From the NCBI RefSeq assembly GCF_964204645.1, contig NC_134036.1, positions 9,279,859 to 9,343,858 of the forward strand: DNA of 64,000 bases. The letters run 5' to 3'. The notes beneath the pieces are model-generated. The model saw only the letters and a program-made list of their open reading frames with translations. It was not told the DNA's origin and did not search any database. Shown piece after piece: positions 1 to 11,109 of this stretch (the first letter of the stretch is position 1; every line of letters begins with the position of its first letter). Origin of the DNA: Tubulanus polymorphus (Eukaryota; Animalia; Nemertea). Position numbers and translations under genes: made by a program.

Positions 1-50
1 TAAATCATTGAACTTCTAAAATCAATTTTAATAAAAAATATAGTATTAAA

Positions 51-3000
51 ATGGAAGCAAATAAATACTACTGCCCAACATGTAAGATAAGTATAGATAA
101 ATCCCAAAAAGCAAGACACAATAAAACTATAACACATTTAGAGAATAAATTGAAACTAGAATATAAAGATGATATATTAGAAACTAAATTAGAAGAATTA
201 AAGAATGAAAAAGAAACATATAAATGTGATACATGTAATCAATCATTCAGTGATAAAAGATATTATAAAGAACATTTAAAATCTATAAGTCATATTAGAA
301 ATAAGAATAATGATATTTTAGGTGAAGATTATTTTGATAATGATAACGATAAGAAACAGAAGACAATTAAAAGAATAAAAAATAAATTAAACAATAAAAG
401 ACCATACATGGAAGATGTAAGAAATTATATTAATTCATTAGATAATAAAAAAGATATAGAGATAACCGAAGCATTTAAAAGTGATATTGGTCCAGCAGCT
501 ATCGAGTTTAAATTTCATAAAGGTAAAACATTAGAAGAAAATAAAAAACATTTAGAAAATATGAAAGAAATAATAAAAATAATTACAGGTGTTGAATATC
601 CTAAAATTAGTATATCAGTTAAAGTAAAGTTTATAAAATCTGAAGATAAACCAATATATAATATAAATTCTCATTCACAACATATTATATCTAAACAACA
701 TATAGATGATAAATTAGAAAAATGTTATAATGAAATAAAAACTAAAATAGAAGAAAAATATTTTGAAGGATCTGGTTTAATATTTGATGAGATAATATTT
801 ATAACTTTACATGTTTATAACACAAAATATAATAAGTTAACTAAATCAAAACCAATTGATGAAAATAATTTATCATATTATAAAGATGATAGTATAAATG
901 GAACAAGTTATATTAAACTACCATTTAAAACTAATGCTGTAATAAATGTACAAAATGAAGATGATAAATGTTTTCTATGGGCTATAATAAGTTGTTTACA
1001 TCCAACAGAAGATATTACACATAGTTTTAGATTAACTCATTATAAACCATTTGAAAATAATTATAAGATAGATAAGTATCCTGTTAGAATTAAAAACATC
1101 CCCAAAATAGAAAGAGATAATAATCTTAAAATAAATGTATTTGATTTAATTAAATTACCAAATACAAAAGGAAATAATATTAAACATTATACATTAGAAC
1201 CTTTATACCTATCAAAAGATTATGATTCAAACGATGTTATAGATATATTATATTATGAGAATCATTATATGTGGATTAAACAAATAGATTTATTTTTTAG
1301 AACAGAAAGTGATCACCATAATAAAATATATCTATGTAGAAAATGTTTACATAGATTTAGTAATGAAAGTACATTATTAAATCATAAACAACTATGTGAT
1401 AATCATGATTATTGTAAATTAGTTTTACCAAATGAAAAGGATAAAATATTAGAATTCAAAAAATATGATTACAAAAATAAAGTACCATTTGTAATATATG
1501 GAGATTTTGAATCATTAAATAAAGAATTAACAGATAAAGATAGAAAAGATATATAATATAAAAGAAAGAAATTAAATTCTAATGAAAGTGATTATTCAGA
1601 AGACCCACCAAAAACAAATACAATTAAAAAGATTCATCAATCAGCTGCAGCTTTCGGGTTATATATTAAATCTAATTATCCAGAACTAATCGAAAGTGAA
1701 TATTATAATTATAGAAATGAAAATGTTATCAATCATTTTTGTGACTTATTAATTGAATATGAAATAAGATTTAATGAAAAGTTAAATAAAAATATAGAAA
1801 TTATAATGACAGAAGAAGATAAAGAAGAATTTGAGTTTGCAGATAAATGTTATTATTGTGAAAAGATATTTAATTATAAAGATAAAAAAGTAAGAGACCA
1901 TAATCATTTGAATGGAAAGTTTAGAGGCGCTGCACATGAGAATTGTAACTTACAAGCTAAGAAAATTAACTTTGTACCAGTTATATTTCATAATCTATCA
2001 GGATATGATGCACATTTATTTATCAAACAGTTATGTCATAAAATAGAAGAAATCAATAATGAAATAGAAATATTAAATTCAAATAGATCAAAAGATAAAA
2101 TACCAACTTATAAATTTAGAATGTTAGCTAAAACATCTGAGAATTATATATCATTCCAATTTGGTTGTCTTAAGATTTATAGATTCATATAGATTTTTAA
2201 GTAGTTCATTAGATAACTTATCAAAATCATTAGTTGATTATGAATTAAAGATATTAAAAGAATATTACCCAAATAATGATGATTTTCAATTAATGAGATA
2301 TAAAGGAGCAATTCCATATTCTTTCTATAAAAATCATAATGATTTTAATATAACTGAATTATTAAAAGAACAATTTTATGATGAATTAAAAAATGAATAT
2401 GTTAAAGATGAAGTTTATAATAGAACATTGAATATTTGGAATCATTTCAAAATAGAAAATCATGGTCAATTAGTAGATTTATATTTAAAATCAGATGTAT
2501 TATTATTAACCGATATATTCGAAAGGTTTAGAGATGTAAACCTAAAATATTTTAACATTGATCCTTGTCATTGTTATTCATCGCCAGGATTAACATGGGA
2601 TTGTGGATTAAAATTTACAGATATAAAAATGGATTTGTTAACAAATATAGATCAATTACTATTATTTGAAAAATCTATAAGAGGAGGTGTTTCAGGTGTA
2701 TTAGGTGATAGATATTTCAATGTAAATGATAATCCTGGATATAAATTATTATACATAGATGCAAATAATCTTTATGGTTGGGCAATGATGGAACCACAAC
2801 CTTATGGGATGTTTGAAATAACTGAAGTTTTACAAATTGATAAATTTGATTGGAAGAAAAGAATCCTAGATATTGCAGATGATTCAGATATTGGTTACTT
2901 CTTTGTTGTAGATTTAGAATACCCTGAAAATATTAAATTCAAATCTAGAAATCTAGCATATTGTCCCGAACATAAAACTGTTAAACATGAAGAATTATCA

Positions 3001-4083
3001 AATTATCAAAAAAGAATTAAACCCGATAATCATATTCATACTGAAAAGTTAATGGTAACTCAAGAAGATAAATATAATTATGTAGTACATTATAGAATGT
3101 TGAAGTTTTATTTGAATCAAGGAATGATATTAAAAAAAGTACATAGATATATTTCATTCAGTCAATCTAAATGGTTAGAAAAATATATAGATTTTAATAC
3201 TACACAGAGAACTAAATCTAAAACTGATTTTGAAAAAGATTTTTTTAAGTTAATGAATAATGCATTCTATGGTAAGACTTGTGAAAATATTAGAAATAGA
3301 AATGATATCGAGTTAGTCAGTAATGGTAAAAGAATTAGGCATTTACAATCATATCCTAAGTTTATAGGTAACAGAATATTTGATGAAAATTTAGCAGCAG
3401 TTAAAATGAAAAGAACTTCAATGAAGTTCAATAAACCTATTTATGTTGGTGCTGCAGTTCTAGAAATTTCAAAATTCCTAATGTATAAATTTTACTATAA
3501 CATATTACAACCCCATTTTGGAGAAAAACACATAGAAATTCTATACTTTGATACCGACAGTTACATATTAAAGATAAAAACTGATAACATAACAGATGAT
3601 TTAAAAACATTAAAACACCATTTTGATTTTAGTAATTATCCTAAAAATCATGAATTGTTTAGCAATGATAATAAAAAAGTTCCTGGGAAGTTTAAGGATG
3701 AATTAGGTGGTGAAGAAATGATAGAGTTCATTGGTATTAGATCTAAAATGTATTCATATAAAACCAAAACTCATGAAGCTAAAAAGTTAAAAGGAATAAC
3801 CAAAAGTGTAGTAGAAAAAAATATTCATTTTAAAGATTACATCAATTGTATATTTAATGAAGAAGTTAGAAAACATAAGATGAAATGTTTAAGATCTGAA
3901 GATCATGAAATGTATATTGAAGAGATAGAGAAGATAAGTTTGAATCCATTTGATGATAAAAGATATATTTTAGATGATGGAATCCACACAGTCGCCTATG
4001 GTTGCAATTTAGATGAATATATAAAATTCAAAAGAGAAGAAACAAAAGAAAATGAGATTATGAAAAGGATTCTAACGTGTTAA
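51..4083 (+). pseudogene. polB: Protein-primed family B DNA polymerase with N-terminal Zn fingers, OTU-like protease motifs and endonuclease VII-like insert; two lesions
   Basis: Motifs YIDANNLYGWAM, KLMNNAFYGK, YFDTDS; exonuclease YGDFES and FHNLSGYD; CYYC..RDHNHLNGKFRGAAHENCN; QNEDDKCFLW/HYMWIK. Premature TAA at 1554-1556 (Tyr in copy 2) and +1 frameshift near 2170. Confidence 0.93.
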
Positions 4084-4111
4084 TCAATTTCAATAAAAAT
4101 TTGTATAATAA

Positions 4112-4453
4112 ATGGAGAGTAAACAAGTACACAGTGAATTCTTAGATAGAATTAAAGATACTTCAAGCGTCAAATCTGTAGATTATAAATTTAAAAAACT
4201 AACTGAGTTAACAATTCACAAGAAATATTTAATTACTAACATTGAAACAATTACTAATAAATATGGAGATAAATTAGTAATTCATTTAGAATATGAAGGA
4301 TTAAAAGGAAATAAATATAAATTCAGAACTTATTTACCAGATAGATTTCATAGATTATCAAGTGAAGATCTAGAAGAATTATGTTCTGGAGATTTCTATT
4401 TCGTATATAAAGGTAAGAATGAAAAAGGGCACCATGAAATAGATTTCGAATAA
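4112..4453 (+). CDS. Conserved 113-aa protein, possibly an OB-fold ssDNA-binding protein
   Basis: Intact ORF with TAAATG start, conserved in copy 2 (50205-50564). The fold is a guess from its beta-rich pattern and position next to polB. Confidence 0.6.
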   Translation: MESKQVHSEFLDRIKDTSSVKSVDYKFKKLTELTIHKKYLITNIETITNKYGDKLVIHLEYEGLKGNKYKFRTYLPDRFHRLSSEDLEELCSGDFYFVYKGKNEKGHHEIDFE

Positions 4454-4470
4454 GAAAATATGTAAAATAA

Positions 4471-5226
4471 ATGGTAGAATTAAAAGAATACAGAATATTT
4501 GTAGATTCTAGAAGGCTTACAAATTATAAATCTCATAATTTACTAGTTCAATTAGATAGAGAATTTAAGAATTGTGTAGATTTAAAATTAGTTAATATAA
4601 GTTTATGTAATTCTTTTTATAATATATCGGATAAAACTTTTGAACATAGAGGGTTTATGATTTATATGAGAAATAAAGATAAATGGTTTCATATATTTTT
4701 AAAACCAGGATTATATAATTTAGAATCATTAGCGCAGGAAATTAATAGAAGGGCTCGGTTGAAAATCGGGGGCACTTCTGTATTTGAAATTAAATTTAAT
4801 AAAATTGATAGTACTAATAAAATAAGAATAAAGATATCTAATGAACAACATAAATTTATGGTAAACAAACCACTGGCTAAAATGTTAGGAATTAAACCGC
4901 TTACAGTTACTGGAAACGCAGAAGGCAGCTCAAATATAATACCTTTTACACACTTTTATATTTATTGCAATTTAATCGAGCCTACAAAAACTTTCGAAGC
5001 AACTAAAGAAACAATTTGTAGTTCTAGTATACTAAATATTTTACCGCTAAAAAATGTTAAACAATTTGGAACTCAAATAAATTATAATTTAACAGAATGT
5101 GATTTTAAACCATGCATTCCTAAATTTAATAATTTTAAATTAGAAATAAGAAATCATAATGGATACTTAATTGATTTAAATAACTTTCCTGTGATATATG
5201 AATTAGTTATAAGATGTAAAGAGTAA
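4471..5226 (+). CDS. Minor capsid protein (penton, single jelly roll)
   Basis: Pattern IFVDS..., NSFYNI, LKPGLYN, YIYCNLI, LEIRNHNGYLIDLNNFPVIYELVIR is typical of Polinton pentons. Confidence 0.8.
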   Translation: MVELKEYRIFVDSRRLTNYKSHNLLVQLDREFKNCVDLKLVNISLCNSFYNISDKTFEHRGFMIYMRNKDKWFHIFLKPGLYNLESLAQEINRRARLKIGGTSVFEIKFNKIDSTNKIRIKISNEQHKFMVNKPLAKMLGIKPLTVTGNAEGSSNIIPFTHFYIYCNLIEPTKTFEATKETICSSSILNILPLKNVKQFGTQINYNLTECDFKPCIPKFNNFKLEIRNHNGYLIDLNNFPVIYELVIRCKE

Positions 5227-5242
5227 TTTTTTTGATATATAA

Positions 5243-5563
5243 ATGAATATAACGGTTGGACCGAGTATATGTTTTGGATTTGATTTTAAACGTGAGAAAG
5301 AAATGAAATTTAACATTAATGATGTAATAACACATATTAAAAATATTGCATTTTCTAATGAAACAACATTTGAGTATGAAACAACAATTGATAAAGAAAC
5401 TTTAAATATAGAAAAGATTACTAATTTAATTAGAGAATCTTTAAGATTTTATGAATTAGATGAAGATTTTATCATCGATGATATTAAAAAAATAATAATT
5501 GAAATATATGATAATCATAAAACTAGTAATGAAATAAATGTTGAATTAATCATAAATAAGTAA
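5243..5563 (+). CDS. Hypothetical acidic 106-aa protein
   Basis: Intact ORF tightly packed in the element, TAAATG start. Confidence 0.7.
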   Translation: MNITVGPSICFGFDFKREKEMKFNINDVITHIKNIAFSNETTFEYETTIDKETLNIEKITNLIRESLRFYELDEDFIIDDIKKIIIEIYDNHKTSNEINVELIINK

Positions 5564-5602
5564 ACTAAATATTTTGATGATAGAAATTTTTTTGATTAAT
5601 AA

Positions 5603-5824
5603 ATGAGTGATAATAAGTGGATAATAACTGGATTATATAATGGCGCATTACTATCAGTTGGAACTGTTGGTTATTCAATGGTATTAAAAAAAGTATTCAA
5701 AATGGGAAGTGTTAATGTTGATAGATTTGATATAAATGATATTTTAAAGTTAACATTAGCGGTTACTTTATCTAATTTAACTATTGATTATTTAGAAAAA
5801 CAAAAATATATTCCTCCCATATAA
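5603..5824 (+). CDS. Small hydrophobic (membrane) protein, 73 aa
   Basis: Two hydrophobic segments, TAAATG start. Confidence 0.7.
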   Translation: MSDNKWIITGLYNGALLSVGTVGYSMVLKKVFKMGSVNVDRFDINDILKLTLAVTLSNLTIDYLEKQKYIPPI

Positions 5825-5848
5825 ATGCATAATTTCTTTGCTAAATAA

Positions 5849-6271
5849 ATGGCTTCTGCAATTATAACTATTATAGGATCGGCAATTGTTAACGCTTTAG
5901 CATTTACTGGTGGTGGTTATTTATTTAAACATATTGATAAAAATAGTTCATTAGGAGAACAAAGAAGACATAACTTAGCGTTAGAGAAATATAATAAAGC
6001 TGCAGAAGAATATAGAGAAAAAAGACAAAACTATATGGATTACATCAATAAAGAATTATATGATCAGAAGATTTCACATAGAGATTTTCAATCAGTTGAT
6101 GATGCAATGAGTTTATATAACGCGGTAACCAATAAAGAAAAATTACATCTATACAAACCTAAATTATCAGATTATTATACCCCAAGTAAAGAACAACAGA
6201 AATATGAAATAATATGGATTTTAGGTGGAACAGTTATTGTTATATTTGTTGCTTATAAGTTTACTAATTAG
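5849..6271 (+). CDS. 140-aa membrane protein (hydrophobic N-terminus, coiled coil, C-terminal TM)
   Basis: MASAIITIIGSAIVNALAFTGGGYLF and IIWILGGTVIVIFVAY segments. Confidence 0.75.
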   Translation: MASAIITIIGSAIVNALAFTGGGYLFKHIDKNSSLGEQRRHNLALEKYNKAAEEYREKRQNYMDYINKELYDQKISHRDFQSVDDAMSLYNAVTNKEKLHLYKPKLSDYYTPSKEQQKYEIIWILGGTVIVIFVAYKFTN

Positions 6272-6290
6272 TAATTTTTATTCTAAATAA

Positions 6291-6725
6291 ATGGAAGATA
6301 AAGTTGATAGTATTGATATTATTCCTCATGATATAAATAAAACTAAATTAAAAATATATTTAGAAAAACAAATATTAGAATTTGAAAGTGACTTAAAGAT
6401 AAAAAAGAAAAAATATTTAAAAAGTAAAATTATATATTATTTGATTATAAGTGGTTCGGTTACAATTAGTTCTGTAATAACATTTCTAGCAATATTCAGC
6501 CCATTAACACCTTTAGCTATATCAATTGGTGTATTAGGATTAAGTTCAAGTGTTTTAACTGGTATAAGTTCAAAATTAAATATAAAAAGTAATAAAGAAA
6601 AAATTAAAACTAATATAAAAGAAATTAATAAATTAAAGAACACACTAGATTATATAATAAGTTTAAATGGTCATATAACAGTTGAAGAACAAGATAAATT
6701 ATTAAAAGAATTAATAAATTATTAA
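6291..6725 (+). CDS. 144-aa two-TM protein flanked by coiled coils
   Basis: Central hydrophobic hairpin IIYYLIISGSVTISSVITFLAIF / LAISIGVLGLSSSVLTGIS. Confidence 0.75.
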   Translation: MEDKVDSIDIIPHDINKTKLKIYLEKQILEFESDLKIKKKKYLKSKIIYYLIISGSVTISSVITFLAIFSPLTPLAISIGVLGLSSSVLTGISSKLNIKSNKEKIKTNIKEINKLKNTLDYIISLNGHITVEEQDKLLKELINY

Positions 6726-6741
6726 TTTTTTAGTTATATAA

Positions 6742-8070
6742 ATGGGGTTTCCAAAAGCTTTCCAATATAATAAATCAATTAAATATAATATTCCGGCAAT
6801 AGATTTTAAGAAAAATATTACATATAAAAATATAGTTTTAAATTCATTAACTAATTTAGAAATTTATGTTACTGAATCACAGTTTTTTATTTCTAAAATG
6901 GAAAATATATTTAATACATATGAAGTTACTTTTACTCGAGATGAATATAATATATATAAAGTAAAATCTAATATGAAATATTGGCAGAATCAATTAAATT
7001 TTGCTGTTTATTGTGCAACAACAGGATGTGGAATTAGTTGGAATGATCATTTAAATAACTTAGATAAAAATTTGAAGTATTCTGATTTAAAATTAATTCA
7101 CACAATATTTAGATTTCACACATATTTTCAAATCAGAATAATATTAAATGAATTAGAATGTCCTTTACCTGGGTCTAAATATTTTAAAGAATTGGATAAT
7201 AATATTAATATATCCAAGTTTTATAAAATATGTAATGAATTTAATATAAATATTAATTCCGATTTTAGAGCGCATGGTAAATTGCAAGGTGTCGGTGAAC
7301 AGTATGAAATAAAAAGAATTGATTATATGCATAGAATTGGAGCTTATCATAATTATAAAATTGATAATAATAATGGTTGGGTTAATTTCATTTTAGAAAA
7401 TGGTGAAGGTTTTACAAAATCAGGTATACAAAGAATAAATCAATCTATTAGAATTTATTTGATATGTATTCTAGGCGCTCAAGTTGAAACAAGATCCCCA
7501 ATAATTGGAAATGATAACACTTCATTCGATGCGCAGAAACAGTTTAAAGTTTTATTTGAAGATTCAATTCATAATGATAAAAATAGATCGATTCCAGAAA
7601 ACATTATAAGATATCAAAATTATTTAGATAAATCTCATGTAAGACTTAATTATTGTATAGGCCCTAATCTATTAATTATTTCTAATGATTTAGTATTGAA
7701 GATGGGAAATATAATTGGTTATAATAATCTAATTAAAACTGCAACAATAAATAATTCATTTGGATTAAATGATATAAATAAAAAGATTATTACTGCCCCA
7801 AAATTAATGGAAGGTGAAAAAAATAAAAAACATATTCAATCAACAGAAACTAAAACTAAGAATATTAAATTAAATAATGATTCCAAAATAAAAGATTACA
7901 ATACATCAGAAAATGGTGCCGTACGGCACCCACACGGTGATAATAGAACTGATAAAATTCAACATGATATAATTAAACAAAATGATGATAATAAATCACA
8001 TGAAAATACTAAATTAGCTATAACTTGTATAGGAATTGTAATCGGAGGAATATTATATTTTAAATTTTAA
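6742..8070 (+). CDS. Conserved 442-aa protein with C-terminal membrane anchor
   Basis: Long intact ORF with core MKYWQNQLNFAVYCATTGCGISW conserved in copy 2 and C-terminal LAITCIGIVIGGILYF. Confidence 0.8.
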   Translation: MGFPKAFQYNKSIKYNIPAIDFKKNITYKNIVLNSLTNLEIYVTESQFFISKMENIFNTYEVTFTRDEYNIYKVKSNMKYWQNQLNFAVYCATTGCGISWNDHLNNLDKNLKYSDLKLIHTIFRFHTYFQIRIILNELECPLPGSKYFKELDNNINISKFYKICNEFNININSDFRAHGKLQGVGEQYEIKRIDYMHRIGAYHNYKIDNNNGWVNFILENGEGFTKSGIQRINQSIRIYLICILGAQVETRSPIIGNDNTSFDAQKQFKVLFEDSIHNDKNRSIPENIIRYQNYLDKSHVRLNYCIGPNLLIISNDLVLKMGNIIGYNNLIKTATINNSFGLNDINKKIITAPKLMEGEKNKKHIQSTETKTKNIKLNNDSKIKDYNTSENGAVRHPHGDNRTDKIQHDIIKQNDDNKSHENTKLAITCIGIVIGGILYFKF

Positions 8071-8086
8071 TTTTTTTATTATGTAA

Positions 8087-9760
8087 ATGGATGTAGAAGG
8101 TGGAGAAGATATTCCATTGGATCCTTTAGATGAACCTGGTATAAGTGATGAACAACAACCTGATTTTGATGAAACAAGTTTCAGTAATGATAATAAAACG
8201 GCATATAATACTAATTTAGGTGAAGATGATGATTATGATGATGATCCCGAATTACGTGAAAAATTAAATAAATATTTAGAAGCTCCTGAAAGGGGTAGAA
8301 TTTCAACTAGAACAGAAAGAAAAGAATTTATGAAACTATTAGTAAAACAACAAGAAAAATATCCTGATAAACCTATGGAATTATATAAAATGAAATCTAG
8401 AGTAACAGATACAATTGTTAACGAATTACTACCAATAGCTGTAATAGATGAAATTGATACTGAAGATATTGTAGAACAAATTTTTAAAGATGACCCATAT
8501 TTCACGAATAATTTAGAATTTAAAAATGATTCATGGTATTATAATCTTGAATTAAATAGGAATACTGTATCAATTCAATTATCTAGAATGGGTCAAGAAA
8601 ATATTTTTGAACCTGGAATGCGAGCATTATCTACAATTGAAGGTTCAAAAGGTGGTAGAGAATTTCTCAGAATTATATGGAATGCAATCGATAGAATAAA
8701 TGAAAAAGAACCAATTCCTAATATTGATATAAACAAATATTCACCATTTAAAAATCCAAATCCAAATCCTACTGATTTTGATCCAGAAATGGAAGAGAAT
8801 AGAAATCGATTAGATAGATTAAGATCTTCAACACCCGAAACATCGAGAAGAGACACTCAACAAATTGATAATGATTCAAGTAAATTACAATTAGAAAAAC
8901 AAATTGATAGATTAAGAGATTCAGAAGAAGAAATGAATAGTACTGGAATAAATCGACTGCAATATTTACTAGAAAAAGGATTATTTGATTTAACTGATGA
9001 TGAATTAGAAGCATTTCCTGAACAAACACGTAGAGAAATTAAAGGTACGCAAGAATCAGCTGATAAAATTGCGCATGATAAAAGTATAAGAGATTTTAAA
9101 ATTAGAACTTTAGAAAAAGAATTAACTGATAAAAATAAAGAAATAGAACAATTAAAATTAGATAGAGATAATAAAGTTATTGAAGAAATTGAATTTAAAA
9201 AAAGAAATGCATATTTAGAAAAAGAAATTGATGATTTAGAATATAACATAGAATTACAAAAAGAAGAAATTAAATTATTATTAAAATCATATGATTATAA
9301 TATTAATAGATTAAAAGTTATTTTTAAAGATTTGTTGATTAAACCAAATTCTGAAATATCATTAAAAGACAGAATAAAGTTATTATTTAAATTAGAAGGA
9401 ATAACAATTCTTTCAATTCTAACAGCTGTAACTATGTTATTTACAACAATTGGTTTAGCAATATCAAATGCTTTGAAATCTACTCCTACTCCAAATAAAC
9501 CAGATAAACCTCCAGGCAATAATTCTATACAAGATAAAGTTAAAGATGGTTTAAAGAAATTAGCAAAATATTTATGGGAACTATCAAAGAAATCTGCTGC
9601 AGCCTTACCAGGAGTTATTGCTTCAATTGTTGGTTTTATATTGAAATCTGCAGGAAACATTATTAACTTTGCTGCTGAACATATTATTTTATTTTTAATT
9701 ACAGTTGTAAGTGCTATTATTTTTGGTTTAGTAAATATGATATCAAAAAATATCAAGTAA
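8087..9760 (+). CDS. 557-aa coiled-coil protein with multi-helix hydrophobic C-terminus (candidate membrane-active virion protein)
   Basis: Acidic N-terminus, long heptad region, three C-terminal hydrophobic segments highly conserved in copy 2. Confidence 0.8.
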   Translation: MDVEGGEDIPLDPLDEPGISDEQQPDFDETSFSNDNKTAYNTNLGEDDDYDDDPELREKLNKYLEAPERGRISTRTERKEFMKLLVKQQEKYPDKPMELYKMKSRVTDTIVNELLPIAVIDEIDTEDIVEQIFKDDPYFTNNLEFKNDSWYYNLELNRNTVSIQLSRMGQENIFEPGMRALSTIEGSKGGREFLRIIWNAIDRINEKEPIPNIDINKYSPFKNPNPNPTDFDPEMEENRNRLDRLRSSTPETSRRDTQQIDNDSSKLQLEKQIDRLRDSEEEMNSTGINRLQYLLEKGLFDLTDDELEAFPEQTRREIKGTQESADKIAHDKSIRDFKIRTLEKELTDKNKEIEQLKLDRDNKVIEEIEFKKRNAYLEKEIDDLEYNIELQKEEIKLLLKSYDYNINRLKVIFKDLLIKPNSEISLKDRIKLLFKLEGITILSILTAVTMLFTTIGLAISNALKSTPTPNKPDKPPGNNSIQDKVKDGLKKLAKYLWELSKKSAAALPGVIASIVGFILKSAGNIINFAAEHIILFLITVVSAIIFGLVNMISKNIK

Positions 9761-9829
9761 ACCATGATATCAAAAAATATCAAGTAAACCATGATTAAAA
9801 ATAAATAATTAATTTTTTTTGTTAAATAA

Positions 9830-11077
9830 ATGAGTGGGAGTTATATAAGTCCTTCTAAGATTTCTAGAATATCTAATGCTATTAAAGCAGAAAGATCACA
9901 TCATATAATTACTCATAACCCTTCAAATATTAATCCCGATGAAACGTTATATGTTAGAATTCCTCGATTAACACAAAATACTTTTTATGTTCCAAATAGT
10001 ATTTATTTATCAGCTGATATAAAAGTAATCGGTAATAATAATAATTATGTCGTTGATAATGTTGGAAGATATTTGATTAAAAAGTTAACAATAAAGATTG
10101 GTCCGGAAACAGTTTTCTCATTAGATGATTATAATTTATTTATGCATTATAAAGATTTATGGTTAACTAAAGAAAATAGAAATAATATGATATTTCAGGG
10201 TATTCAATCAGAAAACCAAAATAAATTAAGATCAGAAGCTAATAGCGCAATATTAACAAATGATGTAGATAAATTGATAAAAAGTATATATGGAAGTAAA
10301 TATAAAATTCCATTAGATTTTGAATTGATAAATAATAATGCACCTTTATATAAATACGCAATTCAAGAAGATATTATATTTGAGATAACATTTGCTCCTG
10401 TAAATGAAATTGTATTATCTAGCGTTAATAAAGATATGAGTTATAAATTATCGAATATATGTTTAGAATATGATACAGTAACTGATGAAAATATTTCAAG
10501 TATAATTCAAATTCAATACAATCAAGGGTTTTCATTATTATATGATTATATTGATAAATTTAAAACTGTAACTATTAATGCAAATGATGAAATAATTAAT
10601 GAGAATATTAACTTCCCTAGAAGATCTATTAAAGGTATATTAATATTTTTTACCATTGGAACGTATACTAATGGCGCAATAAATGTTGATAATTATTATA
10701 ATCCTGAAATAACAAAAGTAGAAATAACTATCGAAGGAATAGCGAATAAAATATTTTGTCAAGGAATGAGAATGATTGATCAATGGGTAGAAATTAAAAA
10801 ACATTTTATGAATGAAAAAATAAAATCATTTGAAAATTGTAACATTAATCAAATTGATTATTATACCGGTAATAAATATGCATTATGGTTAGATTTTAGA
10901 ACAACTGAAGATAATTCATTACATGGTTCTGGAAAAAAATTACAAAATACAAAAGATGGAATACAATTATTCATGACAAAGAAAAAGGGAATCAAAAATT
11001 TTAAAATGCATATTTATATTTTATCTGACGCGCAATTAAATATTGTAAATTCACAATTAGATAGTGTTATGTATTAA
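9830..11077 (+). CDS. Major capsid protein (double jelly roll)
   Basis: 415 aa, beta-rich, with NPSNINPDETLYVRIP, NVGRYLIKKLTIKIG, INENINFPRRSIKGILIFF, LWLDFRT, LHGSG; strongly conserved in copy 2; size and context fit. Confidence 0.85.
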   Translation: MSGSYISPSKISRISNAIKAERSHHIITHNPSNINPDETLYVRIPRLTQNTFYVPNSIYLSADIKVIGNNNNYVVDNVGRYLIKKLTIKIGPETVFSLDDYNLFMHYKDLWLTKENRNNMIFQGIQSENQNKLRSEANSAILTNDVDKLIKSIYGSKYKIPLDFELINNNAPLYKYAIQEDIIFEITFAPVNEIVLSSVNKDMSYKLSNICLEYDTVTDENISSIIQIQYNQGFSLLYDYIDKFKTVTINANDEIINENINFPRRSIKGILIFFTIGTYTNGAINVDNYYNPEITKVEITIEGIANKIFCQGMRMIDQWVEIKKHFMNEKIKSFENCNINQIDYYTGNKYALWLDFRTTEDNSLHGSGKKLQNTKDGIQLFMTKKKGIKNFKMHIYILSDAQLNIVNSQLDSVMY

Positions 11078-11109
11078 AATTTTAACTTTAATAAAAATGT
11101 ATATAATAA

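Noticed and set aside
8233-9792. Antisense ORFs conserved between copies 1 and 2
   Set aside because: Shadows of the conserved sense-strand gene; no independent signal.
9735-9793. 27-bp tandem duplication at the end of the 557-aa gene
   Set aside because: Simple slippage duplication, absent in copy 2, with no coding effect.
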